This document shows, in pieces, positions 30,728-39,800 of a DNA stretch of 64,000 nucleotides. A program made the translations under genes and the position numbers. Numbering within the stretch: the stretch's first letter is position 1; each line of letters begins with the position of its first letter. A model generated the notes under the pieces. The model worked only from the letters and a program-made list of their open reading frames with translations, had not been told where the DNA came from and did no database searches. Source of the stretch: Bacteroidales bacterium (GTDB lineage: Bacteria; Bacteroidota; Bacteroidia; Bacteroidales; UBA932); assembly GCA_031548545.1 (NCBI GenBank), contig JAVBQY010000003.1, forward strand, positions 6,899 through 70,898, given 5' to 3'.

Positions 30728-32011
30728 ATGACACAAACCAGACAACAAGACAACACGGTTGCGATTATCATGATGATTTTCCTGTTCGGGATGATCTCTT
30801 TCGTCACCAATCTTGCCGCCCCTATGGGCGTCATTGTAAAGGAACAGTTTGAAGTTTCCAACGTACTCGGCATGCTGGGTAACTTTGCCAACTTCCTGGC
30901 CTATGCCTGTATGGGTATTCCGGCCGGCTTACTGCTCCAAAAAGTAGGATACAAGAAAACCGCACTCCTCGCCGTAGCCATTGGCTTTGTTGGCGTAGGC
31001 ATACAGTTTCTATCCGGGGTAGCCTCCAGCTTTGTGGTATATTTATTGGGCGCCTTTGTCGCCGGTTTCTCCATGTGTATGTTGAATACGGTGGTCAACC
31101 CCATGTTGAACACCCTTGGCGGCGGCGGTAAAAAAGGCAACCAGTTATTACAGGTAGGCGGCACGTTCAACTCTTTGGCCGGCACCATCACCCCCATGCT
31201 GGTGGGTATGCTGATCGGTCAGGTGAGTAAAGAAACGGCCATCTCCAATGTAAATCCCGTATTGTTTATTGCCATGGGTGTATTTGCTATGGTGTTCATC
31301 GTATTGTCGATGGTCTCCATACCCGAACCCCACCTGGCTAACAAAGTAGTAGCAAAAAGCAATGACCAATACAGCGCCTGGTCTTTCCGTCACTTCATAT
31401 TGGGCGCCGTGGCTATTTTCGTATATGTAGGTGTTGAAGTAGGTATCCCCGGCACGATGATGTTGTTCTTATCGGACACGACCGGTGCAGGTGGCGGACT
31501 CAGCGCCACCACGGCAGGCTTTGTAGCCGGTACCTATTGGTTCCTGATGCTGATCGGCCGTTTTGCCGGCGCCTCACTCGGGCATAAGATCTCCAGCAAA
31601 ACCATGTTAAGTACGGCGGCCTGTGTAGGCATAGCGCTCATCCTGGCGGCTATTTTCTCGCCTGTAAGCATGACGGTTTCCATCCCTGTTTTCACCGGCT
31701 CGTCGTTTGCTATGACACAGGTTCCGATGGGCGCCCTCTTCCTGGTATTGTGCGGGCTCTGCACTTCGGTGATGTGGGGTGGCATTTTCAACCTGGCGGT
31801 AGAAGGCCTGGGCAAATATGTAGCCGCAGCCTCCGGTATTTTCATGACCATGGTAGTTGGCGGCGGTATCCTGCCCCTGCTGCAAAATTTTGTAGCAGAC
31901 AAGGCTTCCTATATGGTTTCTTACTGGGTACCCGTAGCCGGATTGCTCTATATTCTGTTCTATGCAATGATCGGGCACAAAAACGTTAACGACAACATTC
32001 CGGTGGAATAA
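30728..32011 (+). CDS. Sugar MFS transporter (glucose/galactose, FucP/GluP-like FHS family)
   Basis: 427 aa, 12 predicted TM segments. Motifs typical of glucose/galactose transporters (GMISFVTNLAAP, GYKKT, NPMLNTLGG). Confidence 0.9.
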   Translation: MTQTRQQDNTVAIIMMIFLFGMISFVTNLAAPMGVIVKEQFEVSNVLGMLGNFANFLAYACMGIPAGLLLQKVGYKKTALLAVAIGFVGVGIQFLSGVASSFVVYLLGAFVAGFSMCMLNTVVNPMLNTLGGGGKKGNQLLQVGGTFNSLAGTITPMLVGMLIGQVSKETAISNVNPVLFIAMGVFAMVFIVLSMVSIPEPHLANKVVAKSNDQYSAWSFRHFILGAVAIFVYVGVEVGIPGTMMLFLSDTTGAGGGLSATTAGFVAGTYWFLMLIGRFAGASLGHKISSKTMLSTAACVGIALILAAIFSPVSMTVSIPVFTGSSFAMTQVPMGALFLVLCGLCTSVMWGGIFNLAVEGLGKYVAAASGIFMTMVVGGGILPLLQNFVADKASYMVSYWVPVAGLLYILFYAMIGHKNVNDNIPVE

Positions 32012-32051
32012 AAATCACCCGTAGACCCTTAAAATTTGAGCGTCGAAATGC

Positions 32052-32089
32052 AGGCCGCAGGAAATAGGAGCTCCTATTTTCTACGGCCT
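32052..32089 (+). terminator. Long hairpin after the MFS gene containing a perfect 18-bp palindrome
   Basis: Outer stem AGGCCG / CGGCCT. Inner perfect palindrome AAATAGGAGCTCCTATTT (32062-32079). The downstream T-tract is weak. Confidence 0.4.
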
Positions 32090-32144
32090 GTCTTAGTTGA
32101 AAACATTTTTTGACCGACTTGAATCTTTTTATTATTTTTGTAAT

Positions 32145-33431
32145 ATGTCAACATTACTGCAACGATTTTTACGCTACGTCGCTTTCGACACCCAATCGGA
32201 TCCGGATTGCTTGTCACGGCCCAGTACACCAGGCCAATCGGCGCTATTGCAATTATTGGCCGGAGAGCTCCGGGCATTGGGCATTAAGGCGGAAATCGAT
32301 GCCAATAGTAATCTTATGGCCTTTATTCCTGCCAATAATGGAAAAACATGTCCATCCGTAGCCTTTCTCGCCCATGTGGATACGGCGACGGAAGTGAGCG
32401 GAAAAAATGTACAGGCCCAGGTCATCGGGCCATATGACGGAGGGGATATTCCGCTGACTGCAACAGACAATAAGGTATTACGCCCTGCCGACTTTCCGGC
32501 GCTATCCCGCTATAAAGGACAAACCATCATTACCTCCGGCGGTAATACCCTGCTCGGGGCCGATGATAAGGCCGGCGTGGCCATTATCATGCAGCTGGCC
32601 CAACACCTTTCCGAACATCCGGAGCTACCGCACGGCGAACTACGGATAGCCTTCACACCGGACGAAGAAACAGGCCGCGGCACCGATAATTTTGACATGC
32701 AGGCCTTCGGGGCCGATTATGCCTACACCTTTGATGGCGGCGGCATCGGCGAGCTGGAGTATGAGAATTTCAATGCCGCCCAGGCTACATTGACCGTACA
32801 GGGCTGTAATATGCATCCGGGCGAGGCAGGCACAACGTTCCGGAACGCCCTGCTCTTACTCGAAGCCTTCAACCGGCAACTACCGGCCGGCCAGCGGCCC
32901 GAAACAACCTCCGGTTACCAGGGTTTTTTCCTGCTATCACAAGTGCAGGGCAATTCCGAAAAAGCAGTAGCCAAATACCTTATACGCGACCATAGCAGCG
33001 AACTGTTTGCACAGAAAAAGGCTTTTTTGGAAAGCCTTGTTGACACACTGAACCGGGAGTATGGCGCCGGGAGTTTCAACCTGAAAATAACCGACCAGTA
33101 TTACAACATGCGCCCCCTCATCGAACAACAAATGGAAGTGGTAGAGATCGCCCTGGAAGCTATGAGGATGGCGGGAGTAAAGCCGGATGTCAAGCCCATC
33201 CGGGGCGGCACCGACGGGGCGCGGCTGACATACATGGGGCTCCCCTGTCCCAACCTCTTTGCCGGCGGGCACAATTTCCACAGTATATATGAATTCGTGC
33301 CGCTGCAAAGCATGGAAAAAGCGCTTGAAGTAGCCTTGAACATTGTCCGATTATATGAAAACCACCAACCACCACCAAAACCGCCGCAACTGGGACGAGA
33401 CCCTGCGGGAAATCCCCTTTGTACGTATTAG
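32145..33431 (+). CDS. pepT: Peptidase T (tripeptide aminopeptidase, M20B)
   Basis: ATG at 32145 gives MSTLLQRFLRYVAFDTQSDP; the listed 32097 start is a TTG. Motifs FLAHVDT, LGADDKAG, FTPDEE..RG, GGTDGA. An unusual ~20-aa Pro-rich C-terminal tail overlaps comEC. Confidence 0.9.
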   Translation: MSTLLQRFLRYVAFDTQSDPDCLSRPSTPGQSALLQLLAGELRALGIKAEIDANSNLMAFIPANNGKTCPSVAFLAHVDTATEVSGKNVQAQVIGPYDGGDIPLTATDNKVLRPADFPALSRYKGQTIITSGGNTLLGADDKAGVAIIMQLAQHLSEHPELPHGELRIAFTPDEETGRGTDNFDMQAFGADYAYTFDGGGIGELEYENFNAAQATLTVQGCNMHPGEAGTTFRNALLLLEAFNRQLPAGQRPETTSGYQGFFLLSQVQGNSEKAVAKYLIRDHSSELFAQKKAFLESLVDTLNREYGAGSFNLKITDQYYNMRPLIEQQMEVVEIALEAMRMAGVKPDVKPIRGGTDGARLTYMGLPCPNLFAGGHNFHSIYEFVPLQSMEKALEVALNIVRLYENHQPPPKPPQLGRDPAGNPLCTY

Positions 33432-35511
33432 CCTCGCCTTCCTGACCGGCATTATCTGTCCATCCATAACGGGCTTCAGCTACCCGGCAGTCGGTATAAC
33501 AGCGGCTTTATTTTTGCTGTATATCACCACGCTGCCCTGGCCTTTCGCCCGAATTTACCGCTACCAATGGCTTAACGGCTGCGCCGGCCTGCTGTTCTTA
33601 TTTTCAGCAGGCACCAGCCTGGCTCAGCTACAACCGGCAAGCAGTTCCCTGCCTACGGATGAAGACATCTATATACAAGCCGTGGTCGACAAGAAAGCCC
33701 AACGCACCGGCCGGTATATTAAAACGCCGGTAACAGTGTACCGCTACGGCCGGCAAGCGGCCGGCAGCGCTACAGTCTCCTCCGCCCCCCGCCTATATAG
33801 TATAAAGGAAGCCTCCCTGCTCTATCTGGAGGCCGACAGTGCTCAGGCTCTCCCGGAACTGGGAGATACCCTAAGCGCATGGGCGCGCCTGAATACGCTG
33901 GCGGTGCCTCAACATCCGGGCGAGTTCGATTACAGGACCCACATGGCCCGCAAGGGTGTTTTTGCCACCGGCTTTGTGCGCGCACACCATTACAGACTGT
34001 CGCCGGGAAAAACAACAGGCTGGGCCTACTGGCCGGAACGCCTGCAGGCGCGGGCCGAAAACATTTTCAGGGAAATGGGGTTACAGGGAGACGAACTGGC
34101 CGTGCTGAATGCGCTCACCCTGGGAGACCGTACAGCAATAGACCAGGAACTGAACCGGGCCTTTACCATAGCCGGCGTAACCCATATACTCTCTGTTTCA
34201 GGGCTCCATGTCGGGCTAATCTTCGCTATATTATCCAAATTATTATCCTTCCTTGGAAAAAGAAAACGGGGACTCGTCATCAAAAACACCCTGATAATTA
34301 TAGTCCTGTGGAGCTATGCCGCCATTTCGGGGTTCTCCCCCTCGGTCAACCGGGCTACCGTTATGTTTTCCTTTGTCCTGGCAGGAAAAATCATGCAGCG
34401 GGATATCAGCATTTACAATTCACTGGCGGCTTCGGCCTTTTTCCTGTGCCTGATCAACCCTTTCAACCTGTTCGACATCGGCTTCCAACTCTCCTACCTG
34501 GCCCTGCTGTCCTTAGTATATTTCCAGCCTTACATTTACCGGCTGCTTTACTTTCCCAATAAAGTAGTCAATTACATCTGGGAGGTATGCAGCGTATCCT
34601 TAGCCGCCCAACTGGGCACACTCCCACTAAGCCTTTTCATATTCCACCAGTTTCCCAATTATTTTATACTCTCCAACCTCTGGGCCCTCCCGCTTACCGG
34701 TGTGACCACCTACCTTAGCGTAGCCCTGCTGACCCTCAACCGGCTGCCATACGTATCCGCCGTTATCGCCTGGCTATTGGAAAAATCACTATGGTTACTT
34801 AACAGCGGCGTAAGGTTTACCGAAGCGCTGCCTTACGCGGTAAGTGAACATATCGCCGTGTCTGCACCGCAATTATGGCTGATGTCCGCCCTCGTACTGC
34901 TCTTCGCCCTCTATATCGAATTCCGGGAAAAGCGGCTCCTGTACTGTTCGGTCCTCCTCCTCACCGCCATCCTCAACCTGAACCTGCAGCGTGCAACCGG
35001 CAACCGGCAGCAACAGCTGTTGGCCGTTTACAATGTCAAAAACAGCGCTTACATCCACCTGATTGATGGAAACAATAGCCTGGCACTGAGGGATAGCGCC
35101 AGCCTGACAAGGGACTTCAGCTTCAATCTTCAGGGCTTTTTCACAGACAGGGGCATACGCCGGGATAGGATGCAATGCCTGCAGACAGGCGTTCCGCTCT
35201 GCAACCGGCGCCATCAGCACTTGGCCGTTTACCGGAATTTCTTTATCTTTGGAAACAATATTATTAAAGTACTCAGCAGGGAGGATCCGCTCCCTTTTCA
35301 CCCCATGATGATAGACTACCTGATTGTAACTGCAGCCTGCCGGCAAGACCCAGCATCACTGCTGGATATATACCATCCGCGGCAGGTGGTAGTGGACGCC
35401 TCGGTGCCGGCCTACCGCAGCCGGTTATGGAAAACGGCTGCCGGCGAACGGCAGGTAGCCCTGCACAATGTAAAACAAGACGGCGCTTTTATTGCCCAAC
35501 TTTCAAACTAA
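33355..35511 (+). CDS. comEC: ComEC/Rec2 family competence-type membrane channel protein
   Basis: First ATG is at 33355; the listed 33343 start is a TTG. N-terminal OB-like DUF4131 region, competence domain GVTHILSVSGLHVG, many TM segments. Short C-terminal domain without the HxHxDH motif. Confidence 0.85.
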   Translation: MKTTNHHQNRRNWDETLREIPFVRISLAFLTGIICPSITGFSYPAVGITAALFLLYITTLPWPFARIYRYQWLNGCAGLLFLFSAGTSLAQLQPASSSLPTDEDIYIQAVVDKKAQRTGRYIKTPVTVYRYGRQAAGSATVSSAPRLYSIKEASLLYLEADSAQALPELGDTLSAWARLNTLAVPQHPGEFDYRTHMARKGVFATGFVRAHHYRLSPGKTTGWAYWPERLQARAENIFREMGLQGDELAVLNALTLGDRTAIDQELNRAFTIAGVTHILSVSGLHVGLIFAILSKLLSFLGKRKRGLVIKNTLIIIVLWSYAAISGFSPSVNRATVMFSFVLAGKIMQRDISIYNSLAASAFFLCLINPFNLFDIGFQLSYLALLSLVYFQPYIYRLLYFPNKVVNYIWEVCSVSLAAQLGTLPLSLFIFHQFPNYFILSNLWALPLTGVTTYLSVALLTLNRLPYVSAVIAWLLEKSLWLLNSGVRFTEALPYAVSEHIAVSAPQLWLMSALVLLFALYIEFREKRLLYCSVLLLTAILNLNLQRATGNRQQQLLAVYNVKNSAYIHLIDGNNSLALRDSASLTRDFSFNLQGFFTDRGIRRDRMQCLQTGVPLCNRRHQHLAVYRNFFIFGNNIIKVLSREDPLPFHPMMIDYLIVTAACRQDPASLLDIYHPRQVVVDASVPAYRSRLWKTAAGERQVALHNVKQDGAFIAQLSN

Positions 35512-35519
35512 ACCTGATT

Positions 35520-35990
35520 ATGGCTGAAACACTCATCCTGCCCGCCAATGCCGGCAAAGAAGAAAAATACCGGGCGCTCCTGCCTCAACTCAAGGCCCTG
35601 CTCGACGGAGAGCGCGATCCTATCGCCAACATGGCCAACCTATCGGCCGCCCTCAAAGAAGTGTTCAACTTCTGGTGGGCCGGTTTTTATCTGGTCCGCG
35701 ACAATGAACTTGTACTCGGCCCCTTTCAGGGTCCCATTGCCTGCACACGCATCCGCTTCGGCCGCGGGGTTTGCGGCGCTGCCTGGGCCTCCGGAGAAAC
35801 AATCATCGTACCCGACGTGGAGGCCTTTCCCGGACATATCGCCTGCAGTTCCGCCTCTAAATCCGAAATTGTCCTGCCCTGGAAGAAAGACGGGCACATC
35901 CTGGGCGTATTGGATATAGACAGCGAACAGCTTAACCATTTTGACCGTATTGACGCCCATTACCTCGAACAAATCCTCCTCCTCCTTTAA
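35520..35990 (+). CDS. msrC: Free methionine-(R)-sulfoxide reductase (GAF domain, YebR/MsrC)
   Basis: ATG at 35520 (MAETLILP...). Near-collinear similarity to E. coli YebR: WAGFYL...LVLGPFQG.IAC.RI..GRGVCG, GHIAC...SEIVLP, GVLDIDS. Confidence 0.88.
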   Translation: MAETLILPANAGKEEKYRALLPQLKALLDGERDPIANMANLSAALKEVFNFWWAGFYLVRDNELVLGPFQGPIACTRIRFGRGVCGAAWASGETIIVPDVEAFPGHIACSSASKSEIVLPWKKDGHILGVLDIDSEQLNHFDRIDAHYLEQILLLL

Positions 35991-36029
35991 AATTTTACCG
36001 ACGAAATCGAAGTAAAATAAAAGAGCGGA

Positions 36030-36854
36030 CTACTTTAAGCCGTAGTTCAAACGCACTGTTACACCCAAGGCCCAGGGGCGGACGGCATCCGCCATATCAA
36101 CCAAAGCGCCGTAAGCTAAATGCGCCGGAGCGGAAGACGCATAAGACACCAGGCTATTGGAGGGAGCTTTCGCCCCGACCGGGTTCATGCCCCAATCAAA
36201 ATATACCCCCGTATACAACCTCCAATGCCCGGATAAGGTCCACTTATACCCGGCTTCGGCAGCCAACATAAAAGCAGTATTGAATTTCAGGTCTGCTTTT
36301 TCGTCCACAGCCCGGTTATTGTACAAGCCTAAAGCAGGCTCATCACTATAAGTCACATTAAGCTGCCGGCTATAGGCCGTAGTCGTTAAGACGCCCGTTT
36401 CCTGCGCTTTTGCACTCAGGGGAATAGCAATCTTCACCCCCAGCGCCGCATAAAACGAAGAAGGGGTCGGGCGCTGAAACTCCATCATCAGCGGGATAGA
36501 CAGAAAGCCGGCTGCAACCTTTTCCTTATAACCGGTATACGCATAATTAAAATCAATATCAGCGCCTAAATCCGACCGCATAATATTGGTATTGGCAAGG
36601 CTGCCGGCCGTGGTTTCCGCATTATAAAACGCCCATTCAAGGCCGCTCCTCACCGACCACTGCGGTGAGAAGATGAGATGGTAGCCGAGTCCGAACTTTC
36701 CGCCCCAACCGGGGCTATAATCTGTTCCCGGAACCGTATAATGGAGTGTAGAAAGGCCGCCGCCGCCATTTACGGAAAATTCATGGCGAAGCTGAGCCAT
36801 TGCGGGGGCGCCGATCAAAAATAACAGTATAAATAGTAATAGTTGACGTTTCAT
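36030..36854 (-). CDS. Small outer-membrane beta-barrel protein (paralog of 43182-44027)
   Basis: 274 aa. Signal peptide ...APAMAQ. Alternating-residue strands; starts HEFSVNGGGGLSTLHYTV; C-terminal strand VTVRLNYGLK. It starts 18 nt downstream of the stop of the 2101-aa T9SS cargo gene. Confidence 0.8.
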   Translation of the reverse strand: MKRQLLLFILLFLIGAPAMAQLRHEFSVNGGGGLSTLHYTVPGTDYSPGWGGKFGLGYHLIFSPQWSVRSGLEWAFYNAETTAGSLANTNIMRSDLGADIDFNYAYTGYKEKVAAGFLSIPLMMEFQRPTPSSFYAALGVKIAIPLSAKAQETGVLTTTAYSRQLNVTYSDEPALGLYNNRAVDEKADLKFNTAFMLAAEAGYKWTLSGHWRLYTGVYFDWGMNPVGAKAPSNSLVSYASSAPAHLAYGALVDMADAVRPWALGVTVRLNYGLK

Positions 36855-36872
36855 TGTAATTCGCTTAAAAGA

Positions 36873-39800
36873 TTATTGCACTAACAATTTGGACGTCTGT
36901 TTATTTCCATCGACATCCACCAACTGGATAAGATAAAGTCCCGGCATCAGGCCGCTGACATCCACGGAAGTAACCGTACCGGTTACGGGAATATTAGCCT
37001 TCTCTATACCACCGGACATGTTGTAGACATTCATGACGCTACCGCTTTGCCCCGCCTTAAAATTCACGGTCACTTGTCCGCCCGCATTCACCGGATTCGG
37101 ATACACGGATAAGGCATTTGACGGAGTCTGCGGCGCAAAATCACATACGGCCAATTTATAGCCTTTGTCTGTCTGCATCTCGCAACGATATACACCGGCA
37201 TCGCCGTCAGGAACAGAGATATAAGGCTTAGTGGCGCCGGCAATAGCAAGCCCATTTCTATACCATTGGAAAGCCGTATAGTGGAAGCCGCCATTCGTTA
37301 CAGGATTACAATTAACGGTGGGCATTTCCGACCATTCATAAGCAATCACCTCTTCTTCCGGCATGCCGACAATGAGCGCCACCTCCCGGCTAATCGTCAC
37401 GGCAGAACGGCCGGAAACAATTACCCGGTAAATAGCCGCATCGGCAACCGTTACCGCATTAATAGCGAATGAAGAGGCCGTAGCGCCGTCAATATCCTGC
37501 CAGATGGCATTATCTTTCTTCTGCCACTGGTACTTCAACTCCAACCCTGAAGCCGTAACCATAAATGAAGCCGGTTCGCCGATACAGGCTTTCACCTCTT
37601 CCGGCTGCGTAGCCAGCAAGGTGGGAATAGGCGTTATGGTCAACCGTCCGGGCAGCGGTTTCATGATATACATTTCCGGGAGCGCATTTTCCACTACCGT
37701 AGCAATAGGATACACGCCGGCTTTTGACTGTCCGGACACCACGGCAATAAAGGTCGTCATGTCCAAGACATCGGTCACCGCATGCCCGTCAAATAAGGGA
37801 CCGGAAACCGTACCCGTCAATTCGGGAATCGCATCATTTTCAACCATTGTCTTATTATCCGCTGTAATTGTAAGCACGGATTTTGAAATCACACAGGTAT
37901 CTTCCGAAGGACTGGATTCCAAATCCGCATCGGCCTCGTATACGGCAGCTACCGAATAACAAATCTGCTGCGCCATAGGCGGATGTACATGCGTATACGT
38001 AGTCGCATCCGTTTCAATTAAAGGGGTGCTTGCGCCATTGGCATATACTTTAAAAGTCACTTTATTATTGTCAGGCCTGGTTAAAACGGCGGCCAGGTTC
38101 CAGTTCCCGACAATAGACTGCGGCAGGAGAGCAAACTGCCCCCTCGATTGGGCAATCAGATTGCCTTTCCCGTTAATTGTAGCGCTTGTCGGGTCTATCC
38201 CTGCGACATAAACAGCTTCATCTCCGGTTTTAGGCGCCTGTATGTATTCATAGGAAATCACCAAATCATCGCCTAACAGAATATCTACCGGAGTAGTCAG
38301 CTCGATATGATTAAACACCGCATCGCCACTTGCATGCACTTGTAAATCGGTCAATGGCTGGGTATGGGCTAATTCTCCATTTCTATAAATATTCAGGGCC
38401 ATATCCGTTCCCCGTCCTATAACTAACAATTCCACGGCTTTAAGCTTATACCCCTCATATAACATCAGGTCTTCGGCGGTAAAGTAAATAGCAGGTTCCA
38501 AAAATCCTCCGGAGGCCAGTCCAACGCCCGTGCCTGTGGGATTGCGTCCTGTATCCCAGCGCAAAACAACATCAGATTCGTCCTTGCGCACAACTGCGGC
38601 TTGTGCGGTAATCACAGGCGTTTCCGATACGGCAATCACTTCCAAAGGCTGTTTAAAAGGATGCGATATATTGAGCTTTCTTCCCTCATCCCCTTCCAGC
38701 TTTTTGTACAATTTCACATCGCTCTGCAGCGCCTGTAAGTTAAGCGGCATCTTCTTTTGCAAAGCCGACCGTTGTTCCGTCAGGTCAGGCATAGCGGCTC
38801 CACCTGCACTAATGGGGGCGGATACCAAAGCGGCAGACGGAATCGGCCCTGTCCCGATGGAAATATCGTCAATCATCAGCATCCAGGCATCAATAGACAC
38901 GCAATTAATAGCCACATGTTTTGCCTCGGCAGGCAGTACGTAGGAATAACGGGTCCATGGCCCGGAGGGCGCCTCCTCATAGGCCCCCTGAGACAACACA
39001 TGGATAAAATCAGCCACCGCATTACCGGTGGTAGAGTATAACACCCTGAATCGTTCACTAAATTGCGAACTATACGATTTAGCCCAAAACGCCACCGTAG
39101 CCTCCGATTCCAGGTTCAACTCAGGACTAATCATCCAGTCATTGTTTTGCACCCCGTCAGTAGCAGCCACACATGCAAAAAACTTCTTCCCGCTATGCGG
39201 CGCCCATTGGTCAGGGAGCGCAGCAGCCATATCTACCGTTTCGCCGGTTGCACGGTCTTTAAATTTAGTCGGACTCATCACCATAAAGGCCATTTTAGCA
39301 TACTCATTCGTAAAAGTGACATTCTCATAAAACGCATAGGTATCCTTATCGTCGCCGTCATAGTAAGTCCAGGAAGCGGTACCCGGAGCATTAATGGCAA
39401 AATCGGCATGCGCTTCCGCATTATCAAAAACGCCTTTAAACTCAGGTCTTTCAAAATTCCAGGCCAAATCTATAGCCTGGTCCTCATCGTTATATTCCGC
39501 CACAAGCGCAGTAGGGGCCGCACCGGCCTGTTTCACAACAACTGCAGCGGTATTTCCTCCGGCTGCAATATTGATTATACCGGAGCGTACCAACTGGCTT
39601 TTATTTTCGGCGCAGCTAAACCGGATACTCGCCTCGTCGGACACAGGCCCGCTCACGTCATCAAGCTGAATCCACGAGTCCGTAGTGCTTGCTTTCCAGG
39701 AGCTTGCATTGGAAGTTAAAGTAATGGCCTGGCCCTGACTGTCTATATTACCCACCTTCATACGCTTGGGCGAAGTCAGGTCCATAAAGGTATAAGTAAA

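Noticed and set aside
36030-36854. Calling the two small barrel proteins PorP/SprF, PorT or OmpA outright.
   Set aside because: I cannot see the family-specific N-terminal motif of PorP/SprF. There is no OmpA C-terminal peptidoglycan-binding domain. Without an HMM search the family is undetermined, so they are annotated generically and discussed as a finding.
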